This document shows, piece by piece, positions 40,781-50,562 of a DNA stretch of 64,000 nt. The notes below the pieces were generated by a model, which was not told the DNA's origin, did no database searches, and saw only the letters and a list, made by a program, of their open reading frames with translations. Position 1 is the first letter of the stretch. Each line of letters opens with the position of its first letter. Both the position numbers and the translations under genes were made by a program. Source of the stretch: Algoriphagus sp. (lineage in GTDB: Bacteria > Bacteroidota > Bacteroidia > Cytophagales > Cyclobacteriaceae); the NCBI GenBank assembly GCA_029945945.1, contig JAQSDM010000001.1, positions 25,705-89,704 of the forward strand. The letters are read 5' to 3'.

Positions 40781-41218
40781 ATGAAAACACAAAATTTTAA
40801 GAATCACGCCCGCTATTACCCATTACATCATTTCATCGTCACACCTCTGACGCTCATTTTTTTAGGGTGGACCGTAAACCGGTCAAACTTCGAGACTAGT
40901 GAATCCACGTCAGAAAGTATCTATTTTTTGATTCTGGCATTAATTGTAGTTATCCTGCCCATGATGGAAAGGATTTACGCACTGAAGAATCAAAATCGAA
41001 TTATTTTGACAGAAATGCGTCAACGGTATTTTCACCTTACAGGCAAATCTTTTTATGAGAAAGAAAGGGACTTAAGGACAATTCAAATAATTGCTTTAAG
41101 GTTTGCAGGAGATGATGAATTATTGGAACTGATAGATCAGGCAATTAGTAAAAAGCTTAGCAATAAGGAAATCAAAATGACTGTAAAAAATTGGAAACCA
41201 GACTTTTCAAGAGTTTAA
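40781..41218 (+). CDS. DUF6526-like membrane protein
   Basis: QNFKNH, QNRII..E.R.RY, QIIALRFA.D.EL, IK..V..W..D..RV. Confidence 0.8.
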   Translation: MKTQNFKNHARYYPLHHFIVTPLTLIFLGWTVNRSNFETSESTSESIYFLILALIVVILPMMERIYALKNQNRIILTEMRQRYFHLTGKSFYEKERDLRTIQIIALRFAGDDELLELIDQAISKKLSNKEIKMTVKNWKPDFSRV

Positions 41219-42330
41219 ACTCCCTCTTCCAAAATTACTTTCAGTTGCGATTTTATTAGCCCGAGAAGATTTTCCCGGGCTTTTGTTTTGTAGTCAGGGT
41301 CAGAAAAATCCAGCTCTGGCAAAATCAAAATCTCGTTAAATCCTTCATTAAAAGCTTCATTTCCTGATGAAATTAAAACAGACTTTTTTTGCTGATTTTT
41401 AGCAAGTTGCAATAGTTCAAAGCAAGCTTTGCCCTCATTAGACTGGGAATCATATTTGCCCTCACCAGTGATGATTAAATCAGCCCATTTGACTGCTTCG
41501 CCAAGCTTTATTTTTTCAAAAAAATAGGTTGATCCAAATTTAATTTCCAAAGGAAAAAAAGCTGAAAGTCCGAGAGCGATTCCTCCTGCAGCTCCGAATC
41601 CAACCTGATCTTCAAAAGACTTTTTCATTTTGGAGAACATCTTTTTGATGACTGTCTCGCAGGTTGCTTCATATGATTTGAATTCTTGTTCTTCCAACCC
41701 TTTCTGGGAGCCAAACACCGGAATTGCGCCTTTGCTTCCTAAAAAAGTATTCTTTACATCACAAAGGCATATGAAGTTGATTTTTGGAAAATTTGGTGAA
41801 CGCTGGATATGGCTTATTCGGCCAAGGTATTCGGGAGAAAATGGAGTTAGGGATCGTCCTTTTTCATCCAAAAAACTGAGTCCTAAAGCAGCAAGAATTC
41901 CAATTCCAAGATCAATCGTAGCACTTCCGCCAAGTCCTAGAATAATTTCCTCTGCGCCTTCTTCAATTGCCTTTTGGATCAAAAGTCCGGTCCCAAAAGT
42001 TGAAGCCACAAATGGATTTTTGGTTTCGGATCCGATCAGACCAATTCCAGAAGCTGTTGAAACATCAATAAAAGCTTTTTTGGAGGTGGTATCCAAACCA
42101 AATGTCCCAAGAATGGGTCGGCCAAAAGGATCTAAGGTCCAGGTTGAGATTTGCTTTAAGCCAAGTACTTTGGTAAGTAATTCGCAAGTACCATCTCCCC
42201 CATCAGCAATAGGGATCATTTTCGTTTGAATTCCAGGCGAGGATTCTTTTATAAATTTGTTAATGATTTCGCCGACTTCAGTTGCAGTCAAAGTACCCTT
42301 AAAAGCATTTGGGGAAATCAAAACCTTCAT
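41215..42330 (-). CDS. Glycerate kinase (GlxK/GarK family)
   Basis: PNAFKGTL, PIADGGDG, STFGTG, LGLGGSAT, GAAGG, ITGEG. Confidence 0.93.
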   Translation of the reverse strand: MKVLISPNAFKGTLTATEVGEIINKFIKESSPGIQTKMIPIADGGDGTCELLTKVLGLKQISTWTLDPFGRPILGTFGLDTTSKKAFIDVSTASGIGLIGSETKNPFVASTFGTGLLIQKAIEEGAEEIILGLGGSATIDLGIGILAALGLSFLDEKGRSLTPFSPEYLGRISHIQRSPNFPKINFICLCDVKNTFLGSKGAIPVFGSQKGLEEQEFKSYEATCETVIKKMFSKMKKSFEDQVGFGAAGGIALGLSAFFPLEIKFGSTYFFEKIKLGEAVKWADLIITGEGKYDSQSNEGKACFELLQLAKNQQKKSVLISSGNEAFNEGFNEILILPELDFSDPDYKTKARENLLGLIKSQLKVILEEGV

Positions 42331-42331
42331 C

Positions 42332-43681
42332 TTATGCGTTTTTCATTCTTGCAAAGTAATCCTTGGACGCAGCTCTCACTTTGGAAGAAAGGTAAAGCGT
42401 GGAGAAAATTGTGGGAATAGCCATGATCGCATACATCGCATCAACGAAGCTTATTACGACCTCCAATGAAGCAACCGCACCAAGAACGATCGTGATCAAA
42501 TAGAAATAATTGTAATAATTAGCCTTATCTGCTCCAAACAGGTAATTGGTGCACTTATGACCATAATAGGAATAAGTGAAAATAGTAGAAAGGGCAAAAA
42601 CCAATACTGAAAGCATCAGAAGATATTTTCCATAAACAGGGATGGCCAGTTCAAACGCTTCCAGAGTGAGTTTAACACCGTCATTCTGGGTATTTTGCCA
42701 AACGCCGGTTAACATGATTACCAAGGCAGTCAACGTACACACAACAATCGTGTCAATAAATGGACCCAACATTGCTATCAAACCTTCTCTGATTGGTTCA
42801 TTATTTCTGGATGCCCCATGTACCATCGGAGCTGTACCTATTCCGGCTTCATTTGAAAAAGCAGCCCTTCTGGCACCCGTGATAATTACCGCACCTACTG
42901 CTCCACCCATCACGGCATTACCTGTAAAAGCATCTACCACAATCAATTTTAGCATTTCAGGAACTTCCCCAATGTATTTGAAAACAATATACATGACAGT
43001 GGCAAAGTATATGGCAACCATAAAAGGAACCATCTTGGTAGCTACAGATGCTATTCTTTGGATACCTCCTAAAATCACTACTGAAGTGACCAGCATAATT
43101 CCAATTCCAATAATCCAGCGATTTCTAATGTCTTCAGATTCTGTCTCCGGTTGAATTAAAACCTCCTGAATGACTGCTGTTAGTTGATTTGAAGTAAATA
43201 TGGCAAGCAAACCAAGCATTCCAGCCACACAAAAAAGGATGGAAAGGAATTTCCACTTCTTACCCATTCCATATTCAATTACATACATTGGACCACCTTG
43301 AATTTCTCCTGAACTGTCTTTACCTCGATACATAATTGCCAAACTGCAGGTATAATACTTGGTAGCCATTCCTACAAAAGCAGCTACCCACATCCAGAAA
43401 ATGGCTCCTGGTCCTCCCATATTTATTGCGATAGCAACTCCGGAAATATTTCCTAAACCAACTGTGGCTGCAATAGCCGACATCAACGCCTGAAAAGATG
43501 AAATCTGTCCCGGTACCATGCTGTCATCGTATTTACCTCTCAGAAGTGTAATCGCGTGACCGATTTTAGTAACAGGAACAAAACCGGAATGGATCAAAAA
43601 AAAGGTGCCTCCGCCTAACAACAAAACCAAAATTGGTGGTCCCCAAATCCAATTGCTAAAAGCAATAATTACATCTCCCAT
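42332..43681 (-). CDS. Alanine/glycine:cation symporter (AGCS)
   Basis: ATVGLGNISGVA, GGPGAIFWMW, GGPMY, FSNEAGIG, FIDTIVVC. Confidence 0.95.
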   Translation of the reverse strand: MGDVIIAFSNWIWGPPILVLLLGGGTFFLIHSGFVPVTKIGHAITLLRGKYDDSMVPGQISSFQALMSAIAATVGLGNISGVAIAINMGGPGAIFWMWVAAFVGMATKYYTCSLAIMYRGKDSSGEIQGGPMYVIEYGMGKKWKFLSILFCVAGMLGLLAIFTSNQLTAVIQEVLIQPETESEDIRNRWIIGIGIMLVTSVVILGGIQRIASVATKMVPFMVAIYFATVMYIVFKYIGEVPEMLKLIVVDAFTGNAVMGGAVGAVIITGARRAAFSNEAGIGTAPMVHGASRNNEPIREGLIAMLGPFIDTIVVCTLTALVIMLTGVWQNTQNDGVKLTLEAFELAIPVYGKYLLMLSVLVFALSTIFTYSYYGHKCTNYLFGADKANYYNYFYLITIVLGAVASLEVVISFVDAMYAIMAIPTIFSTLYLSSKVRAASKDYFARMKNA

Positions 43682-43783
43682 GTGTCAATTTATAAATAGA
43701 ATTTTCCTGAATTCAGGCCTCAAATAATTTCCGATAATAGGTCCATTTTATCCAAAATCAAAGTTTGGTTAGGGTTTACAAAC

Positions 43784-43815
43784 AAAAAACCCGGACAGTA
43801 ATGTTACAGTCCGGG
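43784..43815 (-). terminator. Terminator of the GH20 gene
   Basis: CCCGGAC...GTCCGGG with an A-run. Confidence 0.6.
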
Positions 43816-43837
43816 CTTAAGATGGTAATCGGGCAGT

Positions 43838-45433
43838 TTACCAATCTACTTTTGGGGATCGGTAGAATCCTATACCATTGATATCCCAGCGTTTACCATG
43901 CTGGGCAATTCGCTTTCTAAAGCTTTCCCAATCTTTTCTTTCATTTTTTGTCCATGCAACTTCTGCAATCGCAGAAAGTCTTGGAAAAGTCAAGTATTCA
44001 ATATCTGCCCTATTGGTTACTGTTTCTGTCCAAAGTGGAGCTTCTACTCCAAGGATATCAGCTCTACCTACACCGTCAGCATAGGATTCAGGGTTCCAAA
44101 GATAAGCAGAGTCTAATTCGATATAAGCAGCCCAATGCTGGCCTATTCGGGAAGTTGTATCGTATTGCATATCCAGATAGGCTCTTTTTGCAGGAGACAT
44201 CAATACTTTATTTCCCTGATCCTTGGCCAATTTGGCATTTTCTTCAACTGCCCAGAATTGTGCAATAGAACCCGGTAGTAATTTGGCTGTTGCTACTTCA
44301 TCCCAACCCACATTTGTCTTCCCGTACTTCACCACGATATTTTGAACTCTCTCTATAAAATAAACATAATCATCCTTTTCTGTGACATGAGATTCATCAC
44401 CACCAATATGGAAATATGGACCAGGTGTTATCTCAGAAATCTCTCTTACTACATCATCAACAAACTGATAGGTAAGTTCTAATTCTGTCGAGAATGTGCT
44501 AAATCCAACTTCAATTCCTGTGTAAAGCTCTGCAGCCTGGGGATTGGTTGTCGGCATCTTGTAATCTAAAGGAGCTTTATTAAGAGAATCAGTTTTACCA
44601 TTTGGAAGGTTTACTCCCGGATTGAGCTCTGCATATGAAGCCAAAACAGCATTGGTGTGACCCGGCATATCGACTTCCGGTACAATTGTGATATAATTTT
44701 GGGCTGCGTAAGCAACGATTTCTTTGTATTGCTCTTGAGTGTAAAAACCCCCTTCTCCACCTCCAACTGCGGTGCTTCCACCGATCTCAGTCAATTTTGG
44801 CCAGGATTTAATCTCAATTCTCCAACCCTGATCGTCGGTTAAATGCAAATGAAGGTAGTTCAATTTCAAACCTGCCATCTGATCTATATAGTGCTTTACA
44901 TCTTCTACTGTGATGAAATGCCTTGCAACATCGAGCATCGAACCCCGATATTCATATTCAGGCTGATCAAAAATCTTTCCCTGAGGTATTTTCCAGGACA
45001 TGTCAACAAGTGATTCATTTTCAATCTCAACAGGAAAAATTTGAATCAATGTCTGAATACCATAAAATAATCCTGATCCTGAAGAAGCTGTGATTTTTAC
45101 TTCGCTGTCGGAAATCTCCAACTCATAGGAATCGGGCGACCCGCCACTGGTCATCTCAAGGATAATATTTCCGGACTCTCTGGAAACTGGCAAAACAAAT
45201 CCAGTAGCTGGACGAAGTTTGGTAGCGAGATATTCTCCCAAAATTTCAAGTTCTTCACCTTCTCCGGTTACTTTTATTCCTGATTCAGATTCAAGTGTGA
45301 AAATTCCGCTTCCTGCTTCCAATGATGCCGGAAAAGGTATTATTCCAGCCTCATTGAGACTGGGAACGGGTGATTGACAGGAGCCCATTGCAAGAGCTGA
45401 AACTACGGCAATTGACAAAAGTGATTTTTTCAT
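43838..45433 (-). CDS. Beta-N-acetylhexosaminidase (GH20), lipoprotein
   Basis: Lipobox AMGSC; RGSMLDVARH, HLTDDQGWR, PEVDMPGH, HIGGDE, LWTE. Confidence 0.96.
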   Translation of the reverse strand: MKKSLLSIAVVSALAMGSCQSPVPSLNEAGIIPFPASLEAGSGIFTLESESGIKVTGEGEELEILGEYLATKLRPATGFVLPVSRESGNIILEMTSGGSPDSYELEISDSEVKITASSGSGLFYGIQTLIQIFPVEIENESLVDMSWKIPQGKIFDQPEYEYRGSMLDVARHFITVEDVKHYIDQMAGLKLNYLHLHLTDDQGWRIEIKSWPKLTEIGGSTAVGGGEGGFYTQEQYKEIVAYAAQNYITIVPEVDMPGHTNAVLASYAELNPGVNLPNGKTDSLNKAPLDYKMPTTNPQAAELYTGIEVGFSTFSTELELTYQFVDDVVREISEITPGPYFHIGGDESHVTEKDDYVYFIERVQNIVVKYGKTNVGWDEVATAKLLPGSIAQFWAVEENAKLAKDQGNKVLMSPAKRAYLDMQYDTTSRIGQHWAAYIELDSAYLWNPESYADGVGRADILGVEAPLWTETVTNRADIEYLTFPRLSAIAEVAWTKNERKDWESFRKRIAQHGKRWDINGIGFYRSPKVDW

Positions 45434-45664
45434 GGGTTATGAATTTGGGATAAACTTAATGCAAATTTTTAAGAATCTATTTTTCACAAATCAATTTTAT
45501 CGCTAAACTGAAATTTGGATTTACATTTTTCAAATTTGCCTTAAAAACATCTGAGATACCTGCCATACCACTTATGTCCTGTCAGTCATTTTTTTACCCC
45601 ACCTTCCAAAAGTCTAATCTGATTTTAATAATTTCAGGTTCTTACTGAATTCAACCCAAACAAG

Positions 45665-47122
45665 ATGAAAAGAAAAGATTCCAATCCGGGAAGCTCCCGG
45701 AGAAATTTCATAAAGACCTCAGCGCTGGTGGCCAGTGGCTTTTTCATTGTTCCAAGGCATGTTTTAGGCGGTCCCGGATTTATAGCTCCAAGTGATAAAC
45801 TAAGGGTTGCTGGAATTGGCGTGGGAGGAATGGGATATGGTGACGTAAGCGGAGTATTCCGAAGTGGAAAAGTGGATATTGTTTCGCTTTGCGATGTCGA
45901 CGATACCCGTGCAAAAAAGAGCAGGGACGAACATCCAAATGCAAAATATTACAAAGATTTTAGGGTTATGCTTGAAAAAGAAGCTGGCAACATTGATGCT
46001 GTGACAGTTTCAACTCCGGATCATCAGCATGCGGTTGCGGCTATGATGGCAATGAAAATGGGAAAGCATGTCTATGTGCAGAAACCACTTTCTCACGACA
46101 TTTACGAGGCACGAATGCTCACTGAAGCTGCAGAAAAATACAAGGTGGTAACCCAAATGGGTAATCAGGGATCATCCGGAGATGGAGTCCGAAAAATGGC
46201 AGAATGGTACGAGGCTGGCTTGATTGGGGAAGCAACAAAAGTTTATACCTGGACTAATCGCCCTGTTTGGCCTCAGGGAATTGAATGGCCTAAAACTCCA
46301 ATTACTCCCCCTGCAGATTTGGATTGGGACCTCTGGTTGGGTACTGCACCTCAAAAGGATTACGTAGGAAATCTTATTCCATTCAATTGGAGAGGTTGGT
46401 GGGATTATGGAACCGGAGCGCTTGGGGATATGGCCTGCCATATCATAGAGCCACCGTTCCGTGTTTTGGGACTTGGCTATCCTAAGTCAGCAGAATGCTC
46501 GGTTGGTTCTGTATATGTTGGTGAGTTTAGTCGCGGATATTTCCCTGAAAGCTGCCCTCCTTCTTCCCATATTACACTCAGATTTGACAGACCAGGCAAA
46601 GATGATTTGGAATTTCATTGGATGGATGGCGGAATCCAGCCAACACGCCCGGAAGAATTAGAACCAAACGAGATAATGGGGGATGGTGGAAATGGGGTGA
46701 TTATCGAAGGGACGAAAGGAAAAATCATGTGCTCCACTTACGGTGCAAACCCACAACTTCTTCCAACTTCAAAAACTAAAGACATAACTGTTCCTGAGAG
46801 ATTATATCGAGTTCCTAACGGAGATCGTGGACATTACAATAACTGGGTGGAAGCTTGTATTGCCGGCCATGGCTCACAAGAGTTTAAGAATTTAAGTTCT
46901 CCTTTTTCAATTGCAGGACCTCTGACAGAATCTGTTTTGATGGGGAACCTGGCTATCAGAAGCTACGATTACAGGATACCAAGAGAAGGTGGAAATAACC
47001 AGTATGATTACCCGGGAAGAGGAATCAAATTGGTTTGGGACGGACCTAATATGAAAGTGACCAACTTTGACCCTGCAAACCAATTCGTAAAAAGGGAATA
47101 CAGAGGAAACTATTCTCTCTAA
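45665..47122 (+). CDS. Gfo/Idh/MocA oxidoreductase, Tat-exported
   Basis: SRRNFIK twin-arginine signal; GVGGMG, STPDH, QKP, GALGDMACH. Confidence 0.93.
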   Translation: MKRKDSNPGSSRRNFIKTSALVASGFFIVPRHVLGGPGFIAPSDKLRVAGIGVGGMGYGDVSGVFRSGKVDIVSLCDVDDTRAKKSRDEHPNAKYYKDFRVMLEKEAGNIDAVTVSTPDHQHAVAAMMAMKMGKHVYVQKPLSHDIYEARMLTEAAEKYKVVTQMGNQGSSGDGVRKMAEWYEAGLIGEATKVYTWTNRPVWPQGIEWPKTPITPPADLDWDLWLGTAPQKDYVGNLIPFNWRGWWDYGTGALGDMACHIIEPPFRVLGLGYPKSAECSVGSVYVGEFSRGYFPESCPPSSHITLRFDRPGKDDLEFHWMDGGIQPTRPEELEPNEIMGDGGNGVIIEGTKGKIMCSTYGANPQLLPTSKTKDITVPERLYRVPNGDRGHYNNWVEACIAGHGSQEFKNLSSPFSIAGPLTESVLMGNLAIRSYDYRIPREGGNNQYDYPGRGIKLVWDGPNMKVTNFDPANQFVKREYRGNYSL

Positions 47123-47126
47123 AAAC

Positions 47127-47161
47127 AAAAAGGGCTTTGAGATTACTCAAAGCCCTTTTTT
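47127..47161. terminator. Bidirectional terminator
   Basis: AAAAAGGGCTTTGAG-atta-CTCAAAGCCCTTTTT. Confidence 0.85.
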
Positions 47162-48785
47162 ATTTTTCCACTTGAATTTCTACCCTTCGGTTTTTGGCCC
47201 TTCCTTCCTCCGTCGTATTTGGAGCAAGAGGCTTTGTTCCGCCCCATCCGGATGTCCGAAGATTATCGGCAGCTACCCCTTGCTCAATCAGGAATTTCCG
47301 AATACTTCCGGCTCTTTGAATTGAAAGTGCTTTATTAAGGCCAGGATCTCCGGCATTATCTGTATGTCCGTTGATTCGGATTTTTACTGTTGGGTTCGCT
47401 TTCAAAAAAGCTGCTAATTCGATGAGACTGGCTTTAGATTGCTCGCCTTCAAGTTCTGCAGTTCCTCTTGCAAATGCGACATTATCCAACAAAACAGAAC
47501 TTCCTGGTTCCGCCTTCACCATCAAAACTTCTGTTGGCTCTGATTCTTTTATTTCATTGATAAGCAATGATTTAGGGAAATATCCCTGAGAGATAACTTT
47601 TACCTCCTTAACCCCTGCTTTTATAAATTCGGAAAGCAACAGAGGTTGATCAGGATCTGATGTAATTTGATTTCCGGAATCTTCCCAGGTAAGATTATAC
47701 TCGATTTCTATTTTGGTTTTGGAATCAATTACAATCCATGAAATAGGCTTTTCTGGTTCAACCACCTTCTCCTCAGGGAAGCTAATTTCAGGTTTTCCTA
47801 TCGAAACCATTGGATAGATTGGCTTAGGTTCAGATATCTGCTGCACAGGTTTTTTCGTAACCTCAGGAACGGCAATAGTTGAGGCAGGAACAAACTCCTG
47901 TGGAATAATCAAAGGAGTGACTACCGCAAAAGTGAGCAAGTCAGCGTAACCATCACTATTTTGAGTGCTCGTCCAAACCACATTATTCTGATCCAAAAAT
48001 GTCAAAGAAACATCTGATCCCGCTGAGCTGATTTGCTCCCATTTTACAGGAAGGCTCCAGGAATTCCAGTCCTCACCCATCTTTTTGGAAATGAAAATAT
48101 CTTTTCCATTTGCTCTCAAATGCATATTTGAGGAGAAGTACAATTGTTGGGTAGTAACATCGTAATAAGGACCCATCTCCTGTCCGTTGGTATTGATGTT
48201 CGGACCTAAATTTGAGGGAGCTGACCAATCAAGAATTCCGGATTTTTCACTCAGGTAAATGTCTTCATTCCCTAAAGTTCCTGGCCCCTTTCCGGAAAGG
48301 AAAATCAATTTACCTCCGGCAGCTACCCTTCCTGTAACCGGACCTTCAAAAAGATCCAATCCTGGCATATTGACGGGACGCAATAAATTCCAATCGTTTC
48401 CAAACTTGGAGTATTGATAAATCCCAACTTTGTCAACTTCCTTGTGGTAAACCAAAAGCGTGAGGCCATCTTCAAGTCCCAAGACAAAATCATATCCTCT
48501 TGTACTTAAATCAGGTCTGTGAACCGCAGCTTGCCATTCTCCGACTTCTGACTTTTTGGTCATCCAAATATCTCCAGAATCCATCACCCCACCTTTATTG
48601 GAAGGATGATAAGCTCTGGTAAAAAAAAGTGTATTATTTCCAACCCAAACAGGATTAGTATCATCTTGGGGACTATTTGCTCCCGAAAGCGATTTGAGGT
48701 TTTGAGCCTCTGCACTTAGAAAAAAAGAAAGAGCAAACAGCATTAAGCCGCTTGCTCCAAATTTCTTTATTATTGTTTTTTTCAT
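47160..48785 (-). CDS. OmpA-family protein with N-terminal PD40/TolB-like repeats
   Basis: NLGPNINT..QEMGP; C-terminal GHTD..G....N..LS..RA, GRAKNRRVEI. Confidence 0.9.
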   Translation of the reverse strand: MKKTIIKKFGASGLMLFALSFFLSAEAQNLKSLSGANSPQDDTNPVWVGNNTLFFTRAYHPSNKGGVMDSGDIWMTKKSEVGEWQAAVHRPDLSTRGYDFVLGLEDGLTLLVYHKEVDKVGIYQYSKFGNDWNLLRPVNMPGLDLFEGPVTGRVAAGGKLIFLSGKGPGTLGNEDIYLSEKSGILDWSAPSNLGPNINTNGQEMGPYYDVTTQQLYFSSNMHLRANGKDIFISKKMGEDWNSWSLPVKWEQISSAGSDVSLTFLDQNNVVWTSTQNSDGYADLLTFAVVTPLIIPQEFVPASTIAVPEVTKKPVQQISEPKPIYPMVSIGKPEISFPEEKVVEPEKPISWIVIDSKTKIEIEYNLTWEDSGNQITSDPDQPLLLSEFIKAGVKEVKVISQGYFPKSLLINEIKESEPTEVLMVKAEPGSSVLLDNVAFARGTAELEGEQSKASLIELAAFLKANPTVKIRINGHTDNAGDPGLNKALSIQRAGSIRKFLIEQGVAADNLRTSGWGGTKPLAPNTTEEGRAKNRRVEIQVEK

Positions 48786-48787
48786 AA

Positions 48788-49759
48788 TTATTGATCCAAC
48801 ACAATGGCGAATATCAACGGCGCCACGATTGTTGCATCAGACTCTATTATATATTTCGGAGTGTTTATTCCAAGCTTTCCCCAAGTGATTTTCTCATTAG
48901 GCACAGCTCCGGAGTAAGACCCATAAGATGTAGTAGAATCAGAAATTTGACAGAAGTATCCCCAAAGAGGAACATTTGTTCTTTGCAAATCCTGGTGCAA
49001 CATCGGCACAACGCAGATAGGGAAGTCTCCTGCAATTCCCCCGCCAATTTGGAAAAATCCGACAGTACTTTCTACTGTAGCATTTTTTGTATACCATTCT
49101 GCAAGAAAAATCATGTACTCAATTCCACTCCTTACAGTATGCACATTCTTCACATCTCCTGTAATCACGTGGCCTGAATACATATTACCTAACGTGGAAT
49201 CTTCCCAACCTGGAACGATGATCGGAAGGTTTCTTTTCGCAGCTTCCATCAACCAGCTATCCTTAGGGTCGATCTGGAAAGAATCATCCAGCTTGCCGGA
49301 AAGCAATATTTTGTAGAAAAACTGATGCGGGAAAAACGCCTCTCCTGCCTGATCTGCTTTAACCCATTCTTCAAGAATTACATGCTCGATGCGACGCATG
49401 GCTTCCATTTCAGGAATACAGGTATCAGTAACCCGATTCATATGTCTGTCCAAAAGATCCTGCTCCTGAGCCGGGGTAAGATCACGGTAATTTGGAATCC
49501 GCTCGTAATAATTATGAGCAACCAGGTTGAACACATCTTCCTCAAGATTGGCACCAGTACAAGTGATGATCTGTACTTTGTCCTGACGGATCATTTCTGC
49601 AAGTGAAATACCCAATTCGGCTGTTGACATGGCTCCGGCCAAAGTGACCATCATTTTACCATTATTATCCAAATGTGCTTTGTATCCCTCTGCAGCGTCG
49701 ATTAATGCCGCTGCATTGAAGTGGCGATAGTTGTGTTTTAAAAATTCCGTGATTTTCAT
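48788..49759 (-). CDS. Deoxyhypusine synthase family protein (probable homospermidine synthase)
   Basis: GAMSTAELG, TGANLEED, RVTDTCIPE, IGGG, GSYSGA..NEKITWGK, SDATIVAPL; start at MKITEF. Confidence 0.92.
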   Translation of the reverse strand: MKITEFLKHNYRHFNAAALIDAAEGYKAHLDNNGKMMVTLAGAMSTAELGISLAEMIRQDKVQIITCTGANLEEDVFNLVAHNYYERIPNYRDLTPAQEQDLLDRHMNRVTDTCIPEMEAMRRIEHVILEEWVKADQAGEAFFPHQFFYKILLSGKLDDSFQIDPKDSWLMEAAKRNLPIIVPGWEDSTLGNMYSGHVITGDVKNVHTVRSGIEYMIFLAEWYTKNATVESTVGFFQIGGGIAGDFPICVVPMLHQDLQRTNVPLWGYFCQISDSTTSYGSYSGAVPNEKITWGKLGINTPKYIIESDATIVAPLIFAIVLDQ

Positions 49760-49806
49760 TGGTTTGTTAGTTTCTAAGGGCGCAAAATTACCCAATTTTT
49801 TCCCAC

Positions 49807-49833
49807 AAAAAAACCCGGACTAAATCCGGGTTT
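49807..49833 (-). terminator. Terminator of the OmpH gene
   Basis: AAACCCGGA-ctaaa-TCCGGGTTT with an A-run. Confidence 0.75.
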
Positions 49834-49858
49834 CAATACTTTTAACTCAATAGTGAGA

Positions 49859-50464
49859 TTATTTTTTTGTCGCAGTATCTGCCGGAGCGGCGTTGTATTG
49901 CTTGTTCAATCCATCGATTACAGAAGCTGTCACATCAATGGCGTCTGTTGCGTACCAAACCGCACCTCCTCGGGTGTAGCTAAGAATAACATCCAGATTA
50001 TTTGTTGTTGCATAGTCTTTCATATACTTCTGAACCTGATCATAAACATCACTGTAAAGACCAGACTCATCTGCTGAAAGCTCTCTCATCAGGTTATCTC
50101 GGTAAGTAACCAGGTTTTGCTCCTTTTTCACCAATTCCTCTTCCTTCGCTCTAGCCTGATTCATCGTCATAGTAGAAGCAGTCTGCTGGAAATTTGCAAC
50201 TTCTTGTTCAAATCCTTTTGCTCTGCTCTGAAGATCACCTTCAAACTTCTTTCCTTTCTCGGTAATTTCTGCTGATTTCTTTTTAAAATAATCAAATTTA
50301 TTGATCACACTATCAGTGTAAACAAATGCAACTTTGAGTTCACCGTCTTGAGCAAGTGCAGTGGAAGTTTCACCTTCTGAAGTGGCAGTGCTTTTTTTAT
50401 CACAGCCATAGAAAAGTACTGTAGCAAGGCCAAGTACACCGATTAGTTTAAGTCCTTTTTTCAC
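49859..50464 (-). CDS. OmpH/Skp family chaperone, predicted lipoprotein
   Basis: KVAFVYTDSV, coiled-coil body, DVTASVIDGLN; GTG start at 50464 follows a TATATTTG -7 box; lipobox LFYGC. Confidence 0.9.
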   Translation of the reverse strand: MKKGLKLIGVLGLATVLFYGCDKKSTATSEGETSTALAQDGELKVAFVYTDSVINKFDYFKKKSAEITEKGKKFEGDLQSRAKGFEQEVANFQQTASTMTMNQARAKEEELVKKEQNLVTYRDNLMRELSADESGLYSDVYDQVQKYMKDYATTNNLDVILSYTRGGAVWYATDAIDVTASVIDGLNKQYNAAPADTATKK

Positions 50465-50562
50465 TTTTATAATGTTATAGATGACAAGGGCGCAAATATA
50501 AAGAAAGTATTGAATCTGCAAGGCAGCCTCAAATTTGGTCAGGTTAAATTGAGTTAAAGATT

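Noticed and set aside
43682..43837. Glycine riboswitch upstream of the alanine/glycine symporter
   Set aside because: No aptamer signature is visible; the region is short, AT-rich and mostly the upstream gene's terminator.
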